Shown piece after piece: positions 52,096 through 64,000 of a stretch of DNA of 64,000 nt. The notes below the pieces were generated by a model. That model saw nothing but the letters and a program-made list of their open reading frames with translations. It had not been told where the DNA came from and searched no databases. The DNA comes from Cyanobacteriota bacterium (GTDB taxonomy: Bacteria; Cyanobacteriota; Cyanobacteriia; PCC-6307; Cyanobiaceae): assembly GCA_046052125.1 (NCBI GenBank), contig JBJOMY010000002.1, positions 64,001 through 128,000 of the forward strand. The letters are read 5' to 3'. Each line of letters starts with the position of its first letter. Within the stretch, counting starts at the first letter, position 1. A program made the translations under genes and the position numbers.

Positions 52096-53787
52096 ATGGA
52101 GCCGCTCTCCCCATCCTCCGCCTCACCGATCGGGGCGATCCTCAGCAGCGTCAGCGAGGGGCGCGACGATTTCTCCGCCTCGGCGGCCAGCCTGGGGCAG
52201 GTGGCGATCGATTCCGCCGCCACAGGCCGCTGGAAGAAGGGTGACCGCGACTGGTTTGCCGTCTCCCTCGACGCAGACCGGAGCTATCAGTTCCAGCTGA
52301 GCAGCAGCGGCAAACGCCTCACGCCCCAGCTGCTCCTGCGCAACGCAGCGGGCGATGTGGTGGCCCGCAGCCTGGACAGTGCCGGCAGCAGCTGCGCTCT
52401 CTCCTTTGAAAGCACCAGCAGCGGCCTCTTCTATCTCGATGCCGGCAGCAGCGGCCGGGGCAAGGGCAGCTACCAGCTGAGTGCCGCCGTTGCCGATCGG
52501 ATCAACCCACCGCCGCCGGCTCCCGTGAGCCCGGCTCCAACGCCGCAGGATCCGATCACCGCTGCCAACCCAGCACCGCCGGCGCTCACCATCGCGCCGG
52601 CCCCCGAGCGCACCGATGGGATCACCGGTCTGCTCGACGAAACCATCCAGCAGTGGGTGCACACCAGCCTCAGCGACAGCTTGCTCAGCAAAGCGGAACT
52701 GCGCCAGATCCTGGCCTGTGCCGGTGATGGAGGGGTCGTGGATGCCAACGAACTCACCGATCTACGCCGCATTGGCGCCGTGCTGAGCACCTACCTCGAT
52801 CCCAGTCAATCGGCCTATCTCAGCGACATCTATTCCAATGTGGCCGAGAGCAATCCCGCCAACGCCTGGTGGAGCGGGGGCGGCGGACGCACGGCCCTCG
52901 GCAATCTGCAGGCCGGCTCCAGCAGCCTCACCCTGGAGCGGCTACTGGGCAAATGGTTTGACGGGACCGACCTGCCCGTTAATGAGATCGGGGGCGACAG
53001 CGCCGCCGGCATCAGCGGCAGCCGCTTCAGCTACGGCACCACCACCGGCTCCTTGTTGGTGGACGATGTGAACCTGGACGATGTGAGCCAGGGTGCAGCG
53101 GGCACCTGCTACTTGCTGGCCGCCGCTCAAGTGGCGGCTGACAGCATGCCCGCGCTGATCCATGAGCTGTTCTGCGACAACGGCGACGGCACCTACGGGG
53201 TTCGCTTCTACGGCAACGATCGCAGCAGCTTCTGGGTCACCGTGAATAGCAGCCTGCCGCTGAACGGGCAGGGGCAGTTGCTGCTGGCCGGCAACGCCAG
53301 CAAAAGCCGCTCCGGCGAGCTCTGGGTGAGCCTGCTGGAGAAGGCCTATGCCCAGGCCAATGAAACCGGCTGGCTCGGCCGCGATCTCGCCATCAACAGC
53401 TACCAGGAGGTGGAAGGTGGCCTGTTTGAAGCGCTGAGCCACCTCAGCGGCAGCGCCGTCACCGCCTATTCCGCCTACTACGCCGTGGCCGGCAGCACCT
53501 GGGCGGGCCGAACACGAAGCTGGCAGCTGGCGGAAGCCGCAGCCCAGGCAGCTCTGAGCAGCGGCAAGAGCCTCTGGCTGGGCAGCTTCGGCTCCAGCAA
53601 CGGCAGCAACGGCAAAACCAACCTGGTGGCCGGCCATGCCTTTGCCATCTCCAGCTACAACAGCAGCACCGGCACCTATCGGGTGCACAACCCCTGGGGC
53701 GCCAGCGGCGGTGCCAACTGGAACGGCAGTTTCGAGGTGAGCTGGAGGGAGCTTTACAGCGCCCGGGGCATCGTGGCCTGGGTGTGA
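52096..53787 (+). CDS. Calpain-like (peptidase C2) cysteine protease with N-terminal PPC-like domain
   Basis: Catalytic QGAAGTCYLLA, LLEKAYA, GHAFAI, VHNPWG; N-terminal GDRDWFAVSL. Confidence 0.85.
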   Translation: MEPLSPSSASPIGAILSSVSEGRDDFSASAASLGQVAIDSAATGRWKKGDRDWFAVSLDADRSYQFQLSSSGKRLTPQLLLRNAAGDVVARSLDSAGSSCALSFESTSSGLFYLDAGSSGRGKGSYQLSAAVADRINPPPPAPVSPAPTPQDPITAANPAPPALTIAPAPERTDGITGLLDETIQQWVHTSLSDSLLSKAELRQILACAGDGGVVDANELTDLRRIGAVLSTYLDPSQSAYLSDIYSNVAESNPANAWWSGGGGRTALGNLQAGSSSLTLERLLGKWFDGTDLPVNEIGGDSAAGISGSRFSYGTTTGSLLVDDVNLDDVSQGAAGTCYLLAAAQVAADSMPALIHELFCDNGDGTYGVRFYGNDRSSFWVTVNSSLPLNGQGQLLLAGNASKSRSGELWVSLLEKAYAQANETGWLGRDLAINSYQEVEGGLFEALSHLSGSAVTAYSAYYAVAGSTWAGRTRSWQLAEAAAQAALSSGKSLWLGSFGSSNGSNGKTNLVAGHAFAISSYNSSTGTYRVHNPWGASGGANWNGSFEVSWRELYSARGIVAWV

Positions 53788-53806
53788 GCAGCCGTAGCGT
53801 GGCGGG

Positions 53807-55720
53807 ATGAGCGCCTCCTCCGCAACCGAACACTTCGACGTGATCGTGGTGGGTGGTGGCCATGCGGGCTGTGAAGCCGCGATCACGGCGGCCCGGCTCG
53901 GCTGCTCCACCGCGCTCTTTTCACTCAACCTCGATCGCATCGCCTGGCAGCCCTGCAACCCCGCCGTGGGCGGGCCCGCCAAGAGCCAGCTGGTGCACGA
54001 AGTTGACGCCCTCGGGGGCGTGATCGGTCGGCTGGCCGACGCCACAGCCCTGCAAAAACGCATCCTCAATGCCAGCCGCGGTCCGGCCGTCTGGGCGCTG
54101 CGGGCCCAGACGGACAAGCGTCAATACGCCCGCCAGATGCTGCAACTGCTGCAGCACACCCCCAACCTCGCCCTGCGCGAAGCGATGGTGACCGGCCTCC
54201 TGGTGGAGGGCGAGCGCGTGCGCGGCGTGCGCACCTACTTCGGCAGCAGCTATGGCGCTGGCGCCGTGATCCTCACCGCCGGCACCTTCCTGGGCGGCCA
54301 GATCTGGGTGGGCAACCAATCGATGAGCGCCGGACGGGCCGGCGAGCAGGCCGCCGAAGGGCTCACCGAAGTGCTGGAGACGCTCGGTTTCCAGATGGGT
54401 CGCCTCAAAACCGGCACCCCGGCCCGGGTGGACCGGCGCAGCATCGCCCTCGATCAGCTGGAGGAGCAGCCCAGCGACGCCCACGGGCGCTACTTCTCCT
54501 TTGACCCGGCCAGCTGGGTGAGCGGCGAGCCGATGAGCTGCCACATCACCCGCACCACCGCGGCCACCCACCAACTGATCCGCGACAACCTGCACCTCAC
54601 GCCGATCTACGGCGGCTTCATCGACAGCAAGGGCCCGCGCTACTGCCCCTCGATCGAAGACAAGATCGTGCGCTTCGCCGACAAAGACAGCCACCAGATC
54701 TTCCTGGAACCGGAAGGGCGCGACACGCCGGAGATCTATGTGCAAGGCTTCTCCACCGGCCTGCCGGAGCGGCTGCAACTGGAGCTGCTGCGCACCCTGC
54801 CCGGCCTGGAGCAGTGCGTGATGCTGCGGCCCGCCTACGCCGTGGACTACGACTACCTGCCCGCCACCCAGCTCAAACCGTCCCTGGAAACCAAGCGGGT
54901 GCAGGGGCTCTATTCAGCCGGCCAGCTCAACGGCACCACCGGCTATGAGGAGGCAGCAGCCCAGGGCCTGGTGGCCGGCCTCAACGCCGTGCGCCAGCTG
55001 CGCAACCAGCCGCCGGTGCACTTCCCACGGGAGGGCAGCTACATCGGCACGATGATCGACGACCTAATCACCAAGGATCTGCGCGAGCCCTACCGGGTGC
55101 TCACCAGCCGCAGCGAATACCGGCTCGTGCTGCGGGGCGACAACGCCGACCGGCGCCTCACACCCCTGGGCCGCGAGCTCGGCCTGATCGACGATCGCCG
55201 CTGGGAGATCTACACCCGCAAACAGGAGGCGATTGCAGCCGAGAAGCAGCGACTCGAAACGGTGCGCCTCAAGGTGAGTGATCCAGCCGCCGATGCCGTG
55301 GCCACCGAAACCGGCGCCGCGATCAAGGGCTCGATCACCCTGGCGGATCTGCTGCGCCGCCCCGGTTTCCACAGCGCCGATCTGGTGCGCCATGGCCTGG
55401 CCGACGCCAACCTGCCGCTCGAAGTGCGCGAGGGCGCCGAGATCGACATCAAATACAGCGGTTACCTGGCCCGCCAGCAGCAGCAGATCGATCAGGTGAA
55501 AAAGCAGGAGCACAAGGCGATTCCCAGCGGGATCGACTACGCCGCCATCGGCACCCTCTCGCGCGAAGCCCGCGAAAAGCTGGCGGCGGTGCAACCGATC
55601 AACCTGGGGCAGGCCTCACGGGTGCCGGGGGTGAGCCCCGCCGATGTCACCGCCTTGATGCTGTGGCTGGAGCTGGAGCAACGGCGTGAACGCCTCGTCA
55701 AAGCCAGTCAGGGCCGATAA
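53807..55720 (+). CDS. mnmG: tRNA uridine-5-carboxymethylaminomethyl synthesis enzyme MnmG (GidA)
   Basis: [49 protein letters not shown]. Confidence 0.99.
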   Translation: MSASSATEHFDVIVVGGGHAGCEAAITAARLGCSTALFSLNLDRIAWQPCNPAVGGPAKSQLVHEVDALGGVIGRLADATALQKRILNASRGPAVWALRAQTDKRQYARQMLQLLQHTPNLALREAMVTGLLVEGERVRGVRTYFGSSYGAGAVILTAGTFLGGQIWVGNQSMSAGRAGEQAAEGLTEVLETLGFQMGRLKTGTPARVDRRSIALDQLEEQPSDAHGRYFSFDPASWVSGEPMSCHITRTTAATHQLIRDNLHLTPIYGGFIDSKGPRYCPSIEDKIVRFADKDSHQIFLEPEGRDTPEIYVQGFSTGLPERLQLELLRTLPGLEQCVMLRPAYAVDYDYLPATQLKPSLETKRVQGLYSAGQLNGTTGYEEAAAQGLVAGLNAVRQLRNQPPVHFPREGSYIGTMIDDLITKDLREPYRVLTSRSEYRLVLRGDNADRRLTPLGRELGLIDDRRWEIYTRKQEAIAAEKQRLETVRLKVSDPAADAVATETGAAIKGSITLADLLRRPGFHSADLVRHGLADANLPLEVREGAEIDIKYSGYLARQQQQIDQVKKQEHKAIPSGIDYAAIGTLSREAREKLAAVQPINLGQASRVPGVSPADVTALMLWLELEQRRERLVKASQGR

Positions 55721-55772
55721 GGTGCGGCCACTTGCTGCAACGGTGCTGATCCACTGATCGCACCGGATTCCT

Positions 55773-56549
55773 TTGAGCGCTTCTCGCCCCACCAACACCT
55801 CGCGGGCCTACTGGGAGCTCAAGGCTGAGCAGGTGATGGATCGGGTGTTTGCAAACGCCGGCCGAAGCGAACCCGCAACCCTGCACGCACCGCCAACGCC
55901 ACCACCGGCCGCGAGCGAGGAGCCGATCGATGTGGAGGTGCGCGACACCAGCCGGCATTGGCCCGGGAGCTGGCGCCAGACCTGGCTCCGCCCTTGGCAG
56001 GTCGCCGCGGGCTCTGTGGCCTGCCTCGCCCTGATCGGCGGCTTCAGCCTGTGGCGCGGTTGGAGCGAAGCCCGCAACGACCTGCGCCAGGAGCGCAACC
56101 TGCGGCTGCTGGAAGGGATCCGCAGCCTCGGCACCACGCCAGACGCCAGCGGAACCAACCCCGCTCCCGCGGCGACGGGCAGCGACAGCCTGCCGCCACC
56201 GCCCCCCAGCGAGCCCTGGATCGAGGAACTCGGCCAGCTGGAAGCCCGCTCCCCTGGCGGCGTTGCACCCCTGCAGGTGCCCCTCAACGGCACTCTGCAG
56301 GCGCCGGCTCCCGCTGCCACCCTGCCCGTGGCACCAGCCGCAGGTGCCACGCCGGAACTGCTCGGTGTGGTGCAGATCCCGGGCAAGCCCGGCTCAGCGA
56401 TCTTCCAGGTGGGCGGCAGCTCCACCAACGCTCTGGTGGGCGAAAGCATCGGCGGCAGCGGCTGGCGATTGGTGTCCACCAGCGGCGACAGTGCCGTGAT
56501 CGAACGCGGTGGCACGAGCCGGCGCGTCAGCATCAGCAGTGGTTTCTAG
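55773..56549 (+). CDS. Single-TM hypothetical protein with a PilP/GspC-like C-terminal beta domain (tentative)
   Basis: TM segment VAAGSVACLALIGGFSLW, Pro-rich linker, ELLGVV...SAIF...VGESIGGSGWRL. Confidence 0.65.
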   Translation: MSASRPTNTSRAYWELKAEQVMDRVFANAGRSEPATLHAPPTPPPAASEEPIDVEVRDTSRHWPGSWRQTWLRPWQVAAGSVACLALIGGFSLWRGWSEARNDLRQERNLRLLEGIRSLGTTPDASGTNPAPAATGSDSLPPPPPSEPWIEELGQLEARSPGGVAPLQVPLNGTLQAPAPAATLPVAPAAGATPELLGVVQIPGKPGSAIFQVGGSSTNALVGESIGGSGWRLVSTSGDSAVIERGGTSRRVSISSGF

Positions 56550-56578
56550 GGGGCCGGCGGGTCCTCAACCCTGCGCCG

Positions 56579-57181
56579 ATGCCCCCTTCTGAGCTCTGGC
56601 CCTCCCCTCGGCCCATCTGGCAAGCGGCGCCAGAAGCGGTGGCGGCAGGGCTATCGGGCCAGCCCGATGCTGATAGCGGCTCCTTGAGTGGCCCCTGGCG
56701 CCTGCTGTTGCTGGGCGATGGCAGCCCCACTCGCCACCTGCAATCGCTCACCGGCCTGGAGGTGGAGGTGGAGGTGATCGCGATGGAAGCGGATGCCGAC
56801 CGATGCCATGAAGCGCCGGCGGAGGTGGCGGAACTCGATCAGCCGTTACTGCGCCGCCAGGTGTGGCTGCGCTGCGGCTGCCAGACCCTGGCCTGGGCGG
56901 AGAGCTGGTGGAATCAGCTGGAAGCTGAGCGACACCTGCAGCAGCGCAACCAGCCGATCTGGCGCAGCCTCACCGCGAAGCGCGCCGAGCTCTACCGGGA
57001 AGTGGATGGGCTGGCCCTGGTGGAGGCCCCCGCTCTGGAGGAGGGCTTCGGCAGGCCCGGCCCCTACTGGAGCCGCCACTACCGGTTTTTTCGCGGCGGC
57101 AAGGAACTCACCGTGATCCGCGAAGTGTTCTCACCGGCCGTGGAGCAGTGGCTGGGCCCAGCCCAACACACAGCTTCATAA
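56579..57181 (+). CDS. Chorismate pyruvate-lyase (UbiC/Ycf21 family)
   Basis: LLLGDGSPTRHL, LRRQVWL, AESWW, LTVIREVFSP. Confidence 0.85.
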   Translation: MPPSELWPSPRPIWQAAPEAVAAGLSGQPDADSGSLSGPWRLLLLGDGSPTRHLQSLTGLEVEVEVIAMEADADRCHEAPAEVAELDQPLLRRQVWLRCGCQTLAWAESWWNQLEAERHLQQRNQPIWRSLTAKRAELYREVDGLALVEAPALEEGFGRPGPYWSRHYRFFRGGKELTVIREVFSPAVEQWLGPAQHTAS

Positions 57182-57277
57182 CGATTTCCAACAAAGAATA
57201 CGAGTGGCTACAAAGGGAACTTGACAGGTTGCACAGGGATGTGCTGTGACCAGCATGAAGTCACTCGCAGCAGGACC

Positions 57278-57805
57278 ATGCATCAACCAATCCGCAGCAG
57301 CCAGGGGCCGCCTGCCCCGGCGAGCAGCGAACCCCAGTGGCTCTCACTCACCGATTTAGGCCGCGTTTATGGCATCTCCGCCGTGCATTGCGGACGCCTG
57401 CTTAGCGATGCGGGCCTGCGCGACAGCAGCGGACAACCCACACGCCATGCCCTGCGCAGCGGTTGCGCGATCCGCGGCCACCAGCCCCAATCCCATGGCC
57501 CCACCCAGTGGCACCGCAGCCACTGCAAGGCGGTGTTCCAGCGCGCGGGCCTGGAACCGATCCAGCGCACCACCCTGGTGCAGCAATGGGCCCAGCTGCT
57601 CAGCGCCCTCACCGATGGCTCACCCTCGATCAGCACCAGTGCGGATCAGATGGCCGAAGAGATGCCGGGCGAACTGGTGGACTCGGTGAACGCTGAGCTG
57701 CGCGAGATCGGCTGCAGCTTCCAGGTGGCCGCAGCCGGCCGCGCCCGCCACAACGCTCAGGCCGGTCGGCGCCGCGAAGAGCGAGGCAGTGCACGGCCGC
57801 TCTGA
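57278..57805 (+). CDS. Conserved hypothetical protein (HTH-like N-terminus)
   Basis: WLSLTDLGRVYGISAVHCGRLL; AGGA RBS before ATG 57278. Confidence 0.65.
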   Translation: MHQPIRSSQGPPAPASSEPQWLSLTDLGRVYGISAVHCGRLLSDAGLRDSSGQPTRHALRSGCAIRGHQPQSHGPTQWHRSHCKAVFQRAGLEPIQRTTLVQQWAQLLSALTDGSPSISTSADQMAEEMPGELVDSVNAELREIGCSFQVAAAGRARHNAQAGRRREERGSARPL

Positions 57806-58341
57806 GCAGGCGGTTCGCCCCGGAGCTCCCTGGCAGGGGGTTCTGAAGCTGGCGCAGCGCTGGAGTTGCGCTGCCAGCGGCTCACACTGAAGCTCTCATC
57901 GTCAGGCCAGGGCTCCGCAGCGCCCGCTGCATCGGTGGGCCTGGCAACCGGCGCTTCAGCGGGCACCCGACCAGGCGCAGACGAGGCGGCTCGGCGACGC
58001 GACAGGGCCTCCAAAGGCTGACGCTGGCTCCGCCGCTGCGGAGCGGATGCGGGCGGCTGCTCCCAGGATTCGCGCCAACCCTCGTCGTCTTCCAGCAACC
58101 AATCGAGCTTGTCTTCCACCCAGCGGCCCAGGTGATCGAGCCGCAGGCCGGGGCGGGCTCCACCACGGGATCCCGGGCGCGCTCCCGACACACCATCCAC
58201 CAATTGGCGGCCCGCCGACACCCACTGATCCAGGCGCTGCTCCAAGCGGGGCTCCTGTCTGAAGTCGGAGCGGCGGGGTCCGCGGCGCTCTGGCCGCTCG
58301 TCGGAGCGCTCCTCCCGCCAGTTGTCGTAAGCGTCCACCAT
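57757..58341 (-). CDS. Conserved low-complexity hypothetical protein
   Basis: LDQWVSAGRQLVDGVSGARPG...GRWVEDKLDWLLE...LPRSSRRR. Confidence 0.7.
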   Translation of the reverse strand: MVDAYDNWREERSDERPERRGPRRSDFRQEPRLEQRLDQWVSAGRQLVDGVSGARPGSRGGARPGLRLDHLGRWVEDKLDWLLEDDEGWRESWEQPPASAPQRRSQRQPLEALSRRRAASSAPGRVPAEAPVARPTDAAGAAEPWPDDESFSVSRWQRNSSAAPASEPPARELRGEPPAQSGRALPRSSRRRPA

Positions 58342-58472
58342 CAGCGCAGGCTAGGGAGAGTCAGCGCCCGAGGCGCCGGGCCCGCAACCAGCGTTCGCGG
58401 CCCAGCCCCAACAGGGCGATCGCCACCCCGCTCCACTCCAGTGTCCACAAGGCCGTGCCCATGGCCGGCAAC

Positions 58473-59063
58473 CTAGGCGGCCGCGGGCTTGAACACCAGC
58501 TGGCAGCTGGCGTGCCACAGGCCGCCATGGTGCCGCTCACAGCAGAGGCGACAGGCCACCCCGGGCCGGCGACGCCGATAGGGCGACTCAAGCCCGCAAC
58601 ACGGACAACTGGCGATCCAGCGGGCCGGTTCGCTGGGAACGGGGAAGCGATGGCGAACGCTCACCTCAAACTCCTGCTGCGCCGCATTGATGGCGGCCAT
58701 GCGAGAGCGGAAGTGGGGCCCGTGCACCTCGTCGGCATGCACCACCCGATGCACCCAGGCGTGGATCATCTCGTGGCAGAGCGTGCTCGCCGTGGCCTGC
58801 TGAGGCAGGGCTTCCAACAACGGCCTTGAGAGCACGATCTCGCTGATCGCACGCCCCTGGCGGTCGCGCCCGTAACGATATAGCCCCGCGCTGCGGCGCA
58901 TGCGGCCATCGCTCCAGCGCACCGCCACCAGGGCGGAACCATCGCCATCCGCCAGGGATCCCTCGAAGTGCTCCCGGTTCAAGCGATGAAACAGCGGCAG
59001 CAGCGGAACGAGGGGCACGCTGGCGCTAGAGCGCTGGGCGCCGGCAGTCTGACGGACACCCAC
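58473..59063 (-). CDS. SprT-like zinc metalloprotease
   Basis: VRWSDGRM, LCHEMIHAW (HExxH), HGPHF, C-terminal CxxC pairs; start uncertain. Confidence 0.88.
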   Translation of the reverse strand: MGVRQTAGAQRSSASVPLVPLLPLFHRLNREHFEGSLADGDGSALVAVRWSDGRMRRSAGLYRYGRDRQGRAISEIVLSRPLLEALPQQATASTLCHEMIHAWVHRVVHADEVHGPHFRSRMAAINAAQQEFEVSVRHRFPVPSEPARWIASCPCCGLESPYRRRRPGVACRLCCERHHGGLWHASCQLVFKPAAA

Positions 59064-59140
59064 GGTGTGGTGGAGGGAACCGCACTGCAGGAGAAGGGGG
59101 TTAGTCCTGCAGAATCAGCCGCACTCCTCCCCGCGCGCCC

Positions 59141-59560
59141 ATGGACGGACAACTGGTGCAGACGATCGGCACCAAGGCCCTACTGGCCGGCGCCGGCACG
59201 CTCCTCCTCTACTGGACGATCAACGCCGTGAAGCTGGTGTTGAACGCGCGCGGGATCAATCCGGTGATCAAGCAGTTCTTCACCCAGGTGGCCTCCGGGC
59301 GCGTGGATGCCGCCTACCTGCTCACCACCAAGAACTACCGTTCCCACGTGAACCGGCAGCAGTTCATCCGCTTCCTGGCGGGGCTGCAACTGAACAAGTA
59401 CCGCAACCTCAAGTCGGGCCGGCCGCGCATTCAGGAAGACCAGATCACCCTCACGGTGAAGCTCAAAGCAGAGAACAACGACGAGCTGCCCCTCGATTTC
59501 ACCTTCGTGAAGGTGGAGGACGACTGGAAGGTGGACCGCATCCAGCAGGCCGCCGCCTGA
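59141..59560 (+). CDS. Conserved hypothetical protein (NTF2-like C-terminal domain, tentative)
   Basis: 139 aa, N-terminal TM segment, VDAAYLLTT, WKVDRI. Confidence 0.75.
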   Translation: MDGQLVQTIGTKALLAGAGTLLLYWTINAVKLVLNARGINPVIKQFFTQVASGRVDAAYLLTTKNYRSHVNRQQFIRFLAGLQLNKYRNLKSGRPRIQEDQITLTVKLKAENNDELPLDFTFVKVEDDWKVDRIQQAAA

Positions 59561-61651
<2,091 letters not shown>

Positions 61652-61671
61652 GTCAGCCCCACTCACACCCT

Positions 61672-61962
61672 TCAGCGGAAGCCCGCCCGGTTCACCGATC
61701 CACCGGCATTCGGACCCACGCCAGGGCCAGCTGCGGGACGCACACCCACGCCAGGAGCGCCGTAGCCCACACCCGGCGTTGGATTCACCACCGGGCCGCC
61801 AGGAGCCGCAACCGGCCGGCCATAGACCCGAACCGGCGCTGCCTCCACTTCCACACAGCCGACGGGGTAGCCGGGAGTGGTGCAGACCACAGCCGCCTGC
61901 ATAGGGCCGGCGGCGAGCAGGCCCAAACCCGCCAGACCTTGCAGCAACCAACGCCTGTTCAT
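61672..61962 (-). CDS. Small exported Gly/Pro/Val-rich protein
   Basis: MNRRWLLQGLAGLGLLAAGPMQA signal-like; Cys pair; three PGVG units. Confidence 0.6.
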   Translation of the reverse strand: MNRRWLLQGLAGLGLLAAGPMQAAVVCTTPGYPVGCVEVEAAPVRVYGRPVAAPGGPVVNPTPGVGYGAPGVGVRPAAGPGVGPNAGGSVNRAGFR

Positions 61963-61998
61963 GGTGGCTCGTGCCCAGAGATCCTTACCCTGGCACGT

Positions 61999-62172
61999 AT
62001 GCAGCAAAGCGCCATCCACCGCTGGATCAAAACCGAGTGCGGGCGGGCGAAATACGCCGAGCTGGCCGCTCGCCCGGGGGTGCTGGCACGGCTGCGCCTG
62101 GCTTGGTTCGTGCTGATCGCCGCGATCCGCGATTGGCGATTGCCGGATCATCCCGGCGGCTCTGACGCCTGA
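61999..62172 (+). CDS. Small conserved hypothetical protein
   Basis: MQQSAIHRWIKTECGRAKY...LAWFVLIAAIRDW. Confidence 0.6.
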   Translation: MQQSAIHRWIKTECGRAKYAELAARPGVLARLRLAWFVLIAAIRDWRLPDHPGGSDA

Positions 62173-62765
62173 AGCGCCTGCCTGGCAGCCCGGCTCACCA
62201 GCCACACCACCCCCACCGTGGCCACGATGCCGGCGATGCGCAAAGCCCAGGTTGGGGCGTCGGCTTCGCCGCTGAGCACCTCGCCGAAGCGCGCCACATC
62301 ACCGGCTAGGGCCCCCAGGCCACAAAAGAGGATCGTGCCTGGCAGGATTCCGATCAAGCCCAGGCTGTAATCGCGCAGGCTCACCTCGCTGAGGCCATAA
62401 GCCAGGTTGAGCAAGGAGAAGGGGAAGGCCGGCGACAGGCGCGTGAGTAGCACCAGCTTCAAGCCCTCGCGGCTCACCGCCTGCTCCACGGCCTGCAGTT
62501 TCGGCAGGGCGGCCAACCGGCGCTGCGCCCAGCCGCGCAGCCAGTGGCGACCCAGCAGAAACGCCGCCTCAGCCCCGAGGCAGGCACCCACAAACACGAT
62601 CAAGCTGCCCCACCAGGTGCCGTAGAGGGCACCGGCGAGCATCGAAGCCCACACCCCCGGCAACAGCAAGGTGACCCAAAGGGCATACAGGGGCACGAAG
62701 GCCACGGCCCCAGCCGGTGATTGCAGCGCAGGCCAGAGCGCCTGCAGGGTGGAGAGATCAGCCAT
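62148..62765 (-). CDS. TVP38/TMEM64 (DedA/SNARE-associated) membrane protein
   Basis: AGALYG...AFLLGR...LTRLSPAFPFSLLNLAYGL. Confidence 0.92.
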   Translation of the reverse strand: MADLSTLQALWPALQSPAGAVAFVPLYALWVTLLLPGVWASMLAGALYGTWWGSLIVFVGACLGAEAAFLLGRHWLRGWAQRRLAALPKLQAVEQAVSREGLKLVLLTRLSPAFPFSLLNLAYGLSEVSLRDYSLGLIGILPGTILFCGLGALAGDVARFGEVLSGEADAPTWALRIAGIVATVGVVWLVSRAARQALQASEPPG

Positions 62766-62800
62766 GGCATGGATCCTGATCGCTCAGACCTCTCAACCGC

Positions 62801-63553
62801 TCACACCTCTGATGAATAACCACCATCCACGGGGATGGCCGCGCCGGTAATGAAGTTCGAGGCCTCGCTGGCCAGAAACACCGCGATGCCCTCGAAATCA
62901 GCAGGCACACCCCAGCGGCCCGAAGGAGAGCGGGCCAGCACCCGCTCGTTCAAACCCGGCAGCTGCTCGCGGGCGGTGCGCGTGAGGGCCGTATCAATCC
63001 AGCCCGGGAGAATCGCATTCACCTGAATGCCATCGGCCGCCCAGCCCACCGCCAGCGACTTGGTGAGCTGCACCACGCCACCCTTGCTGGCTCCGTAGGC
63101 GGCCGCCACGGCGGAGCCGAACAACGACAACATCGAGCCCACATTGATCACCTTGCCTCCGCCCATCAAATGCGGGTAGGCCGCCTTGGCGCACAGAAAG
63201 GCTCCCGTGAGGTTGGTGTCGAGCACCTGATGCCACTGCTCCAGCGTCAACTCCTGAGCGGGCAGCCGCACATTCGTGCCGGCGTTGTTCACGAGCACAT
63301 CCAAACGGCCGAAATGGGCCACGGCCTGCTCCATCAAGGCTGTGATCGAGCCTTCGCTGGAGACATCCGTTTCGATCGCGATCGCCTGAACGCCCAGCGC
63401 CTGAAGCTCAGAAACGGCCAGGGCCGATTTCTCGGGGTTGCGGGCCGCCACCACGAGCGAAGCCCCAGCCCGTGCCAACCCACGCGCCATCCCCAGGCCA
63501 ATCCCTCCATCACCGCCGGTGACGATCGCCACCTTGCCGCTGAGATCAAACAC
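62801..63553 (-). CDS. SDR-family oxidoreductase (KduD/gluconate dehydrogenase-like)
   Basis: TGGDGGIG, NNAG, YGASK, IPVDGG. Confidence 0.92.
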   Translation of the reverse strand: MFDLSGKVAIVTGGDGGIGLGMARGLARAGASLVVAARNPEKSALAVSELQALGVQAIAIETDVSSEGSITALMEQAVAHFGRLDVLVNNAGTNVRLPAQELTLEQWHQVLDTNLTGAFLCAKAAYPHLMGGGKVINVGSMLSLFGSAVAAAYGASKGGVVQLTKSLAVGWAADGIQVNAILPGWIDTALTRTAREQLPGLNERVLARSPSGRWGVPADFEGIAVFLASEASNFITGAAIPVDGGYSSEV

Positions 63554-63860
63554 GCGACGGTGGCTGGCACTGCATCACCACGCCCTTGGCGCGGCTCCAG
63601 CGGGCCCGATCACCCTTGATCCAGAACTCCTGATCAGCGGCGCCATAACGACCTCCATCCCCGGAGGGCAGGCGTGGCAGGCGTGTCGCGCTCTGGCCCT
63701 CCAGCAGCACCACCTCGGAGGGGTCCTGGTTGAAGAAGAAGGCGGTGACATCCACCGCGTCAAAGCGACCAAGGCAGCGGTACTCCGCCCGGATGCCCGG
63801 TTCAGCCTGAACGGCGACGGGCAGAACAGCCAGCAGAGAAAGACAGCTCAACCAGCGCAT
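63546..63860 (-). CDS. MliC/PliC-like lysozyme-inhibitor domain protein
   Basis: Signal peptide, YRC, SGDGGRY (cf. SxSGxRY), FWIKGDRA, terminal Cys. Confidence 0.75.
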   Translation of the reverse strand: MRWLSCLSLLAVLPVAVQAEPGIRAEYRCLGRFDAVDVTAFFFNQDPSEVVLLEGQSATRLPRLPSGDGGRYGAADQEFWIKGDRARWSRAKGVVMQCQPPSRV

Positions 63861-63889
63861 CGGAATCAACTCCAGGCCTCACGCCATCA

Positions 63890-64000
63890 TCAGCCCAGAT
63901 CCGCCAAACGCCTGCGGGCCAACTCAGCCTGAGCCTCGGCTTCGGCCAGGTTGGCCTTGCATTCGGCCACCACCTCCGGCGGTGCTTTGTCCGCGAAGTT
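63890..64000 (-). CDS. valS: Valine--tRNA ligase C-terminus (partial)
   Basis: Manual translation NFADKAPPEVVAECKANLAEAEAQAELARRRLADLG*, typical of the ValRS coiled-coil arm. Confidence 0.88.
   Translation of the reverse strand, partial: NFADKAPPEVVAECKANLAEAEAQAELARRRLADLG

Overview
GC-rich picocyanobacterial chromosome segment (Synechococcus/Cyanobium-like, inferred from gene content and frequent GCGATCGC HIP1 sites). It is mostly housekeeping backbone: clpB (partial), gloA, eno, ABC1 kinase, argJ, coaE, gatB, thiO, ndk, speA, alaS, SNF2+SWIM+MEKHLA, hsp20, flv3/flv1, gcvP/gcvH, two desC, rplI, dnaB, mnmG, ubiC-like, ligA and valS (partial). Two accessory regions interrupt it. (1) An ~11.5-kb defence island (6585-18096) bounded by a perfect 21-bp direct repeat that equals the 3' end of argJ. 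It has no recognisable integrase but carries a CGTAAG motif array at its right end. Its cargo is hsdM-hsdS-[Schlafen/AlbA_2 protein in the prrC position]-hsdR-mrr, a frameshifted Cro/Xre regulator, a translationally coupled operon of four micro-proteins and a Cys-rich gene preceded by a LexA box. (2) A ~3.4-kb lower-GC insertion between speA and alaS encoding two unrecognised secreted proteins. I found no tRNA, rRNA, CRISPR array or IS element. All family assignments come from motif recognition by eye, not database searches.
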